Assembly: GCA_963811435.1 (NCBI GenBank)
Contig: CAWERD010000004.1
Coordinates: 46,005 to 110,004 of the forward strand
Source of the DNA: Vicinamibacterales bacterium
Lineage (GTDB): Bacteria > Acidobacteriota > Vicinamibacteria > Vicinamibacterales > JAMQPK01
Reading direction: 5' to 3'
DNA length: 64,000 bases
Shown here: positions 18,059 through 26,585 of the stretch, piece by piece
Layout of the letters: every line of letters begins with the position of its first letter
How positions within the stretch are numbered: the stretch's first letter is position 1
The notes under the pieces: generated by a model
Told to the model about the DNA's origin: nothing
Database searches by the model: none
Seen by the model: only the letters and a program-made list of their open reading frames with translations
Translations under genes and position numbers: made by a program

Positions 18059-18738
18059 TGGGCGTGCAGACCCACGTCACGACACTGCGGTGCCCGAGCT
18101 GCGGTGCACCGGCGGCGCCAGACGCCGGGCGCTGTGCGTATTGCCAGTCGCGTCTTGCCACGATCGGATGCCCGGTCTGCATGGCTCTGCTCTTTGACGG
18201 CGCGGCGTTCTGTCCCTCCTGCGGCGCCGCCCGCAGCCGATCCGAAGAAGCGCAACCGCAATCGACCAGGTGCCCCGCCTGCAGCGGCGACATGCGCTGG
18301 ATTCGCGTCGGCGAGGTCGATCTGCTTGAATGCGCGAGGTGCGACGGAACCTGGATAGAGACGGCGGCGTTCGAGGGGTTGTGCGCCCGGCGCGAGCAGC
18401 AGGCCGTCATCGTCCAGAAAAAGGCCGAAGCGTCGAAGCAGACCGCCCAGCCACGGACGGCAGTCGATCGCATCCGCTATCGTCCGTGCCCGCAGTGCGG
18501 CAAGATGATGAACCGGCAGAATTTCGGACGGCTCTCAGGCGCGATCGTCGACACGTGCAGCGGGCACGGGACATTCCTGGATCGCGGCGAGCTGCATCAG
18601 GTGGTGCGATTCATCCTCGACGGCGGCTTCGATCGCATGCGCCAGGCCGAGCTGGTGAGGCTGAAAGAGGAACAGCAGCGGCTGAGAGAACTGGAGCTGC
18701 ATCTCAGCCGGAGGGATAGAACCGGTTCTGGGTTCTAG
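18025..18738 (+). CDS. double zinc-ribbon protein (zf-TFIIB-like)
   Basis: Two Cys-rich modules CPSCG...CAYC, CPVC...CPSCG, CPAC, CPQCG...C..HG; divergent from the SPFH-HTH gene. Confidence 0.6.
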   Translation: MLSDEAVDADTLGVQTHVTTLRCPSCGAPAAPDAGRCAYCQSRLATIGCPVCMALLFDGAAFCPSCGAARSRSEEAQPQSTRCPACSGDMRWIRVGEVDLLECARCDGTWIETAAFEGLCARREQQAVIVQKKAEASKQTAQPRTAVDRIRYRPCPQCGKMMNRQNFGRLSGAIVDTCSGHGTFLDRGELHQVVRFILDGGFDRMRQAELVRLKEEQQRLRELELHLSRRDRTGSGF

Positions 18739-18840
18739 GTTCTGCGGTTCTGGGTTCCAGTTCTTGGTTCTCGGTCCTTGGGCAGAAACCCAGAACCTAG
18801 AACTGGAACCTAGAACCTAGCACCCAGAACCGTGAACCTG
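18723..18840. repeat. ~118-bp nested imperfect palindrome built from (GGTTCT)n / (AGAACC)n
   Basis: ggttctgggttctaggttct ... agaacctagcacccagaacc outer arms and ggttccagttcttggttct / agaacctagaactggaacc inner arms; between convergent genes. Confidence 0.65.
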
Positions 18841-19337
18841 GGATTTCCGTTTCGGAATGGTCAACGTCTGCCACTTCGATCCGGCGAAGTGTTTCGCGAG
18901 CAGCACGATCTGCCCCACGTGTGCCGAGTAGTGTGAGACCTGGCGGTTGATCGCCTGCACGACCGAGTGAGGCTCGCCGCGAATCGTGACGGTCTTCTCG
19001 AGATCGCCGGGCTGCAACGACGAGATCGTGTCGAGCAGAAGGCGCCAGCTGTCCTCCCAGCGCGACATGATCCCGGCGCGCGAGTCTTCCTCTTCGTACT
19101 CGAACTCACTGTCACGATGCCGGTTCGGCTTCTCGCCGTCCGACGTCAGGAAGTCCGTCCAGCGGGATCGGATGTTCCCCGCGATGTGCTTCATGATGAT
19201 CGCGATGCTGTTGGCCTGGGGATCAATCAGCTCGAAAAACTGACGATCGTCGATCTGTGCGACCGCCCTGTCCACCTGCGCCTTCAACTTACCCAGCTGG
19301 AGCACACAGTCGTCGAGAAAGACCCGTTCCACCATCA
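18817..19337 (-). CDS. DinB/DUF1572 family protein
   Basis: Start MVERVFLDDCVLQL overlaps the ferritin stop (TGATGG); DinB_2-like four-helix pattern. Confidence 0.65.
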
Positions 19338-19835
19338 GTGTACCTTCTCGATATGGACGAGGTAGGCCTCGACCATCAACAAGTTCTTCTCGCCCGACTG
19401 CTTGATGACGCTGAGCATGCGCTCCATCTTGACGACTTCCTCGAGCTGCTCGTCGATGAACCACTGAAGAAAGCTCTGGGCGAGGTAGTCGTTTTCCTTG
19501 ATGGCGAGATCCATGAGCGAGGTGATCTGGCGCGTGACGTCCCTTTCCCAGTTCAGTGCCGCCTGGACGGCTTCGTCAGCCGATGCGAATGTCGGCTTCG
19601 GCGCCGGAATCGCCGGAATCTGCAGCCCGCCGCTGGTGTCCTGCAGGTACTTGACGAACTTCATCGCGTGCTGCTTTTCTTCCTCGGCCTGGTCCTGGAA
19701 CAGCTTCGCCAGGAGTGTCAACGCACGCTGATAGAAATGCGCCGCGATGCTGAGGTACTGCATGCTGGCGCCGAATTCATGACCAATCTGTTCGTTGAAT
19801 GCTTTCGCGAGTGCGGGGCTGATTAGCACGTCGGT
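19335..19835 (-). CDS. ftn: bacterial non-haem ferritin (Ftn); probable GTG start
   Basis: ...ISPALAKAFNEQIGHEFGASMQYLSIAAHF...EEEKQHAMKFVKYL... ferroxidase-centre residues; ORF extension upstream is implausible. Confidence 0.8.
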   Translation of the reverse strand, partial: TDVLISPALAKAFNEQIGHEFGASMQYLSIAAHFYQRALTLLAKLFQDQAEEEKQHAMKFVKYLQDTSGGLQIPAIPAPKPTFASADEAVQAALNWERDVTRQITSLMDLAIKENDYLAQSFLQWFIDEQLEEVVKMERMLSVIKQSGEKNLLMVEAYLVHIEKVH

Positions 19836-19863
19836 CTCCTCAATGTGAATTATATCCAGCGGT

Positions 19864-20295
19864 TCAGTAACTTGGCCAAGTCCCCGGAGTCGCCAGTTCC
19901 ACCGATCGGCCGTCCGGGTCGCGGAAATAGATGCTATGCCCGCCACGGGGCCAGTCGACCCGGCTCTCGATCGGAATGTGCAACGCCTCGAGCCTGGCGA
20001 GCCACACCGGAATGTCCGCCTTGTCGATGGCAAAGGCGAGATGTGCGGGCCCCGTGCTGCTGTGTCCCGGCACGAGCCCGCCTGGAATCTGGAACGGCTG
20101 TTCGCATGCACCTCGCTGGAACAGCAGGAGCACCGTTCCCTCGCCGGCGTCGAACGCCGCCACCCGCTCGACCTCGAGCATGGGCTCTGCCGAGAGCACC
20201 TCCCTGTAGAACGCGAGCGTCCGGGGGAGGTCGTCGCAATAGACCGCGGTCTCGAGCACCCGTCGCGGCTTCACGTCAGAACACTCCTTCGGCAA
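19864..20295 (-). CDS. VOC (glyoxalase/bleomycin-resistance/dioxygenase) family protein
   Basis: 143 aa; VOC fold pattern (HLAFAI..., GGHSIYFRDPDG). Confidence 0.8.
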   Translation of the reverse strand: MPKECSDVKPRRVLETAVYCDDLPRTLAFYREVLSAEPMLEVERVAAFDAGEGTVLLLFQRGACEQPFQIPGGLVPGHSSTGPAHLAFAIDKADIPVWLARLEALHIPIESRVDWPRGGHSIYFRDPDGRSVELATPGTWPSY

Positions 20296-20740
20296 ACAGC
20301 GCTTCGGCTTCGGCTTCGAAAACGGGGCCGATCACCTCGACCTGGCGGCCGGCCCTGGCCAGCACATCGCGCGCGCTGGCCACGAGCATCTGCGGCGTGA
20401 GCCCGTTCAGCTCGTGCAGCCGATCGCCGCTGAGGCCGTATACGAGCCGGCTGACGCCGCTCCAGAAGATGGCTCCCGCGCACATCGCACACGGCTCGGC
20501 GCTGGTATACAAGGTCGCCCCTGCCAGCACGTCGGCGCTGAAGTCGGCCACGGCGCGATGCAGCAGGTTCATCTCCGCATGCGCAAGAATCTGCGCGTCG
20601 GTCAGCTGGCTGTTCTCGGCCGCCGCGAGCACTGCACCGTTGCCGGCCACCAGCAACGCCCCGAACGGCCTGTTCCCGTGCGCGCGTGCACGTCGCGCAA
20701 TCGCGAACACCTCGCGCATGTGTGCTTCGTGAATGCTCAA
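20276..20740 (-). CDS. nucleoside (cytidine/dCMP-type, TadA/guanine-deaminase-like) deaminase
   Basis: HAEMNLL and PCAMCAGAI zinc-binding motifs. Confidence 0.85.
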   Translation of the reverse strand: MSIHEAHMREVFAIARRARAHGNRPFGALLVAGNGAVLAAAENSQLTDAQILAHAEMNLLHRAVADFSADVLAGATLYTSAEPCAMCAGAIFWSGVSRLVYGLSGDRLHELNGLTPQMLVASARDVLARAGRQVEVIGPVFEAEAEALFAEGVF

Positions 20741-20746
20741 GACGCT

Positions 20747-21454
20747 CTAGTCTTTGGGATTGGTCGCGAATACCGTGAGCTCGATCGTAAACCCGCGGTC
20801 GTTCATCTCGAGCACCGCTTTCACGGAATGCGCGATGTCTTCGGCCTGCAGCTTCGTCGGGTTGCTGTCGTCCTGCGTGAAGCCGGCGCTGGTGGCGAAG
20901 TTGGTCAGCACTTCGCTCGGGTTGATAAGGAAGACACGCACGTTGTGAGGCCGCAGTTCCGCCCGCCAGCACTCCGTCATTCCCCGCACGGCGAACTTGC
21001 TCCCATAGTATGCCGTGCCGTTCGCGGCGCCGCGCACCGCCGCCGTCGACGCGAGATTGACGATGTTGCCGCTCTTCCGCTCGATGAAGTGCTTTGCCGC
21101 CTCGCGGGACATCAGCATGGTGCCCGTCACATTGGTCCGGAAGATGGCCTCGAACTTCGCCAGATCCATGTCGACGAGCTGGCGCCGCACGCCAAAGCCG
21201 GCGCTGTTCACGAGAATGTCGAGGTGGCCGAATTTGTCGAAGAACTCCCGATACGTTCTCTTGACGTCGTCTTCGTTGCCGACGTCCGCACTAATCGCGT
21301 GGGCTCCCACCTTCTTGGCCGCGTCGTTCAGCCTTTTCTGGTCGCGCCCCGTCATGGCCACGCGTGAGCCGGCTTCGGCCAGCGTCTGGGCAATCGCGAG
21401 GCCGATGCCGCTCGATCCGCCGGTCACCAGCGCTGTTGCGTTCTTGAGATTCAT
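20747..21454 (-). CDS. SDR family oxidoreductase
   Basis: TGGSSGIGLAIA cofactor motif; catalytic YYGSKFAV. Confidence 0.9.
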   Translation of the reverse strand: MNLKNATALVTGGSSGIGLAIAQTLAEAGSRVAMTGRDQKRLNDAAKKVGAHAISADVGNEDDVKRTYREFFDKFGHLDILVNSAGFGVRRQLVDMDLAKFEAIFRTNVTGTMLMSREAAKHFIERKSGNIVNLASTAAVRGAANGTAYYGSKFAVRGMTECWRAELRPHNVRVFLINPSEVLTNFATSAGFTQDDSNPTKLQAEDIAHSVKAVLEMNDRGFTIELTVFATNPKD

Positions 21455-22464
21455 TTCGCCGCCAACCCTTCTTTGAGATATGCGATGAGCGGCGGATACG
21501 TTTTCTCCGGCGCCTCGAAGTGGGGAACGTGCCCGAGTCCTGGAATGAGATGCAGCTTGCCGTTACCGTTCGGAATGGTCTCGGCAATGAACTTCATGCG
21601 CGCCTGGAACACGCTCGCCGGCCCGGCGAGGCTGTCTTCGGCCCCTCCGAACGCGAGCGTCGGCGCCTTGATGTGCGCCCAGTCGTTGATGACCGGATCG
21701 AGATATGTCATCTGGCCGAGCAGCGCCTGCACCATCGCATAGCGCGGCCAGTCGGCGCTGAGCGTCCATGCATACCGGATCCTCGGATACTTGTCGAACT
21801 CCGGCTTCCACGCCGACGGATTGTGCGAGAAATACCTGAAGATGCCGGCATGAATCTGCTGGTACGTCGTGCTCAGGTTTCGCTTGTACGCTTCGTCGAT
21901 GCTTCCCCACGGGCGCTCGTACCGCGGATCGAGAAGGCCGATCGGGTTGTAGATGACGACACGCTCGGCCACATCGGGATACTGCGTCGCAAAGCGCGCC
22001 GCCAGCATCCCGCCCATCGAGTGACCGACGATGAAGGCCTTGTCGATCTTCAGGTGCTGCAGCAGCAGGCGCGTGTTGCGCGCCATGTCGTGAAAGTTGT
22101 ACGGAATGATCGGCTTCGACGATCGGCCGAACCCGATTTGATCGGGGACGACGACGCGGAACCCTTCCTTGCGCAGCGCGTCGATGGGTCCGCCCCAGTA
22201 GAAGCCCGCGAAATTCATCCCGTGGAAGAGCACGACGGTCTTGCCGTTCGGCTGTCCCTGCGCGGGCACGTCCATATACGCCATCCGGATGTCCTGCCCG
22301 TAGAGCGTCATGGGCAGGTAGGCGACCGGATGCGGATACGGCACATCCTCGCAGGTGATGCTGCCGGGCTTGATGTCGGTGGGCGTCGGTGGAGGCGTCG
22401 CCGCCTGGGCAAACAGCCTCATCGGCATCAGCGCAAGCAAACCAATCGCTAACAAGCGCGTCAT
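21451..22464 (-). CDS. secreted alpha/beta hydrolase
   Basis: RBS AAGGGGAGG then ATG 22464; MTRLLAIGLLALMPMRLFAQA signal; GHSMGG nucleophile elbow; the annotated ORF's 89-aa upstream extension is rejected. Confidence 0.85.
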   Translation of the reverse strand: MTRLLAIGLLALMPMRLFAQAATPPPTPTDIKPGSITCEDVPYPHPVAYLPMTLYGQDIRMAYMDVPAQGQPNGKTVVLFHGMNFAGFYWGGPIDALRKEGFRVVVPDQIGFGRSSKPIIPYNFHDMARNTRLLLQHLKIDKAFIVGHSMGGMLAARFATQYPDVAERVVIYNPIGLLDPRYERPWGSIDEAYKRNLSTTYQQIHAGIFRYFSHNPSAWKPEFDKYPRIRYAWTLSADWPRYAMVQALLGQMTYLDPVINDWAHIKAPTLAFGGAEDSLAGPASVFQARMKFIAETIPNGNGKLHLIPGLGHVPHFEAPEKTYPPLIAYLKEGLAAK

Positions 22465-22770
22465 GGGAGCCTCCCCTTCATCTTCTGTGGCGCATTCTAT
22501 CAGCGACAACGGAGGACGTGCAGGAGCCTCAATCAGACCGTCAGACTGCCATCGGATCGCGCAGCCCCTGCGCACTGGGGTGTCGGTCACGGTCGACAGC
22601 CCGGAAAAACAACGCGTCGGCACCATTGGTCTATGCCATGGCGCAGCCGACCAGGGTTGGTCGTCTGCGGAGGTGGCCGCCGCCGTTGTTTTTGAACTGA
22701 CGCTGTCGGGCTGTGACCTATCGACCGACACCCCAGCACGCAGGTGCCGCGCTTACCGCGGCAAAAGTGT

Positions 22771-22969
22771 CGCGCTGAGGATGGCGTGTTGGCTTCGGCA
22801 AACTATAGAAGTCGGCGTGACTGCGCAGGCGACAAATCACCGAGCCGGCCACCACCGCGAGCGCCATCCCTGGCGCGAGCGCCATGACATTGAACGACAG
22901 ACGCCGGCGACGTGATTTGCCACGCCGAGCTTCGTGTTTGCAGAAGCCAACACGCCATCCTCAGCGCGA
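22771..22969. mobile_element. MITE-like 199-bp element bounded by 26-bp perfect inverted repeats
   Basis: CGCGCTGAGGATGGCGTGTTGGCTTC (22771-22796) and its exact reverse complement GAAGCCAACACGCCATCCTCAGCGCG (22944-22969); lies in a 530-bp non-coding gap. Confidence 0.5.
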
Positions 22970-22995
22970 TTTGTTGATTGCCGTGAGGGCGTCCA

Positions 22996-24247
22996 CTACC
23001 TGACGGCGATTCTGTACAAGTGCGTCAGGCTGCGGATGAATATGGAGCTGTGGGCAACCGCCATCGAGGCGAGGGTCGCGCCGTCGAGCTCGCTGGTCGC
23101 GAGCTTCTGGAAGGTCTTGCCCGGGGCAATCACGGTCGCCACGCCTTCTTCGCTGAGGAAGTAGATGCGGCCGTCGGCGAAGATGGGCGACGCCGAGTGG
23201 TTGCCACCGACCCGCTGCTGCCAATACAGCTTGCCGGTTTTCGCGTCGACGCACGACGCGATGCCGAGATCGCTGATGATGTAGAGCTCGTCTCCTACCA
23301 GCAGCGGCGACGGCGTGAACGGCGCCCCCCGCGTCATCGACCAGGCAACATGAGTGTCAGTCACGTCCCCCGTCCCGTCAGCCCTGACCGCGAGCACGGC
23401 CGGCTCGAAGAATCCGGTCGTGATGAACACGAGCCCGTGTCCGAACACCGGCCGCGGCACGTTCGAAAACCCGTCTTCGTAACGCACCATCCAGATTTCC
23501 TTCCCGGTGTCGGGATTGTAGGCGGCTGCGCGGTAGGCGCCGACGCTCACGATCTGGTCGCGGCCGTCTACTGAAATCACCAGCGGCGTCGTGTACGACT
23601 GGTCGAATGGCTTCCGGCGCTCGGTTTTCCACCGCACTTTCCCCGTGTGCTTGTCGAGCGCAATGACCCAGGCTTCGTAGTGCCCGTCACCGCTGAAAAT
23701 CAGGAGGTCTTTGTAAAGCGCGGGGGATCCACCGGCACCATGCTGTGACGCGTACGGAAACTGGGCCTTCCAGACGATCGCACCTGATGCCGCATCGAGC
23801 GCGGCCGTCCCCTCGCCTCCGAAATGCACGATACACACGATCTCCCTGCACGATTGGCGTGGGAGACGCGTGACTGTTCTTGGAGTTCTTGAGATTGCCG
23901 TTTGACAACCTGAACACTTCAGCGTTGACGAGCTCTTTTCCGCTCTCGACGTCGAACGCCAGCGCCCGCAACGACACGCCACGCGGTTCAGTCACAGCCG
24001 TCGTCACCCAGACGCGGCCGTTCGCTATGACGGGCGACGACCATCCGCGGCCGCGAATGGCGGTCTTCCACACGACATTCCTGTTTTCGCTCCATTCGAG
24101 AGGAAGACCGGTATCTCTGGAATGGCCCTGACCGGTGGGGCCGCGGAACTCGGGCCAGTCGGTGGATTGCGCGGTGGCCGGAGGAGCGGACAGAAAGTAG
24201 AAAGTGAAAAGTAGAAAGTAGAAAGTCGGGTTCAACGTTCGGAGCAT
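22996..24247 (-). CDS. PQQ-repeat beta-propeller protein (BamB-like fold), one frame change
   Basis: N-terminal part 23687-24247 (MLRTLNPTFYFLLFTFYFLSAPPATAQS...) and C-terminal part 22996-23982 are contiguous in homology; frame change around 23880-23990. Confidence 0.65.
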
Positions 24248-24332
24248 CGTGCCTCTTACTTTAGCTCCCTTCCACTTTTTTACTTTTCACTTTCTACTTT
24301 TCACTTTCTACTTTGCTTACTTCTACTTATCT
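24189..24332. repeat. Inverted purine-rich repeat (AAAGTAGAAAGTGAAAAGTAGAAAGT) flanking the start codon of the gene at 24247
   Basis: 24195-24220 is the reverse complement of 24289-24314; the start codon (24245-24247) and RBS lie in the ~50-nt spacer; the coding arm encodes FYFLLFTFYFL of the signal peptide. Confidence 0.6.
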
Positions 24333-26326
24333 CGGTAGTGCAAAAACGTAGTAACCCTGCGACTCTGTCTCTCCCGCTTCCCAGGCGATGTTGCCGTCGG
24401 CGGGTTTCTCGAAGCTGCTGCCGTAGAACGCGATGAACTGACGGCCGTTCACCTCGTACACCGATGGGATGCCCGCGAAATTGGGAGGCATCTTCTTTTC
24501 CCACAGAATCTTTCCGTTGTCCTTGTCGTACGCGCGGACCGTGCGATCGCCGAAGTGCGCGATGAAAATCAATCCGCCGGCCGTCACGACGGGCCCATTG
24601 CGATGCGCACGATAGTTGTTGCCGGTGTTGGTGATGCCTTTCGCCGCGAGTGACGGCACCACGCCGAACGGCGCCTGCCACTTGATGTCGCCCGTATTCA
24701 AATCGTAGGCGGTAATCTGCGCCCACGGCGGGCTCATCGCGTTCATGCCGTTCGCCGCAAAGAACATCGACCCGAGCCGGCCCGTATAGCGCGGCTGCGG
24801 CGCCATCCTGCTGACGGCCTCGTTCTCTTCCACGAGCGTCAGCGGCGTCGTGCAGCGCCGGCTGATCGGCCGAACGTACGTAGAGCATGCCGGTATCCGG
24901 ATCGGCCGCAGCGCCGCCCCAGTTGGCGCCGCCAAGCTCGCCGGGGACCGAGATCTGGCTCTGCGTGATGCTGAGCGGCGTGAAGATGCCTTCGTTGCGC
25001 GACTTCCTCATGATGCCGATGATGCGCTGACGCTCGGCTTCGTCGAGATACGGATTCACATCCGCTTCAGTGAACTTCAACCGGGAAAACGGCGCGGGCC
25101 GGGTCGGGAAGGGCTGCGTCGGCGACGACTGCTCACCAGGAACGTCGCTCTGCGGAACTGGCCGTTCCTCGATCGGCCAGATCGGCTGTCCCGTTACACG
25201 ATCGAACACATACAGCAGCCCGAATTTCGTCGCCTGCGCGACGATGTCGATCGGCTTGCCGTTGTGTTTCACCGTGAGCAGCTTCGGGCCGGTGACCAGA
25301 TCGTAGTCCCACAGATCGTGATGAAGGATCTGGTAATGCCAGAGGCGCTTGCCCGTCCGCAGATCGAGTGCGAGCAGCGTGTTGCCGAACAGGTTGTTGC
25401 CTTTGCGATCGCCGCCCCAGAGATCGAAGGTCGGCGAGCCGGTCGGGAAATATCCGATGCCGCGCGTCTCGTCGATGGCAAACTCGGCCCAGGTGTTGGC
25501 GCCCCCAGCCGTCTTCCACGCGTCTGGCGGCCACTGTCGTAGCCGAACTCGCCCGGGCGCGGGATCGTATGGAACGTCCACATCAAGTTTGCCGGTCAGC
25601 ACGTCGAACGCGCGGATGTCTCCCGGCGGCGAGTTGTACCCTTCGCCAGGCGCCGACCCGAGCACGAGCAGATCTCCCGAACACCTGCCCCGGGGAACCA
25701 GACTGTGCGCCGCCGGTTGGCATCGGCGTGCGGCCGAGCCCTTCGCGAAGATTGACGAGGCCGTTAGCACCAAAGCCGGCGATCGGTTTGCCCGTCCGGG
25801 CATCGAGCTGCTGGAGGTAGCTGCGCGAGGCGAAGATGATGCGACGATCCGAGCGGTCTTTGTTTTCCCAGTAGTTGAACCCGCGGTTGGTCGGCGTGCC
25901 TTCAGTGTCGAAGCGCCAGATTTCCCTCCCCGTCACCGCATCCAGTGCAAAGACCGCGCTGTCTTTGCCAACGACGTACATCACGTTGTCGACGACGAGC
26001 GGGCTGAAGGCGAAGCGCCCGATCGGACCAGGCGCCGGAAAGAACCACTGCAGATCGAGCTGGTGCACGTTGCTCTTGTTAATCTGCTTGAGTGCCGAAT
26101 ATTGCGCGCCTTCGAGGCTGCCGCCCGGCTGGCTCCAGGTGGTGTATAACCGCGGCCCGCTTTGCCCGCGCAAGGTGGTCAGATAGAAAGGCGCCACACA
26201 CAGCACCGCCGCCAGCGCCGCGCATGCCAGACCTCGTCGCACACTCATGTTCACTCTCCGAAAGCTTCCGGGTATCTCAACGCAGAGACGCAAAGACGCA
26301 AAGGGAAATCCTGCGACGCGCGTCAA
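24327..26326 (-). pseudogene. PQQ quinohemoprotein dehydrogenase paralog, at least 3 frame changes
   Basis: Pieces 25583-26326, 24301-25803 and 24327-24935 align consecutively to the intact paralog 60065-62287 (e.g. [34 protein letters not shown] vs [34 protein letters not shown]). Confidence 0.7.
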
Positions 26327-26341
26327 TCTTGTTGATAAGCG

Positions 26342-26444
26342 TCGACTTTGTTGGCCGCCTGGCGGCCAACAAAGTCAGAAACGAAACGAGCAAATACAAG
26401 ACCGGCCCGAATCACAGGTCTTGTATTTGTCGTTTTGTTTCTGA
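26342..26444. repeat. Two consecutive long palindromes (37-bp near-perfect palindrome; 29-bp-stem hairpin)
   Basis: tcgactttgttggccgcc t ggcggccaacaaagtcag; tcagaaacgaaacgagcaaatacaagacc ggcccgaatcaca ggtcttgtatttgtcgttttgtttctga. Confidence 0.55.
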
Positions 26445-26585
26445 CCGCGCGCCTGTGGGCGCAAAGTCGACGCACAGTCATCATCGTGCCGTCGCGTCAT
26501 CGCGCTCTTCGCGCCGTCGTGTCCTCGTTCCGTCGTATTCCTCGTGCCTTCGTGTTTTCGTGTCTTCGTGGTCCGTCTTCGTGGT

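Noticed and set aside
21451-22731. Annotated 426-aa ORF with a 89-aa N-terminal extension for the alpha/beta hydrolase
   Set aside because: The extension has no signal peptide or homology. A strong RBS and a signal peptide begin at Met-90 (22464).
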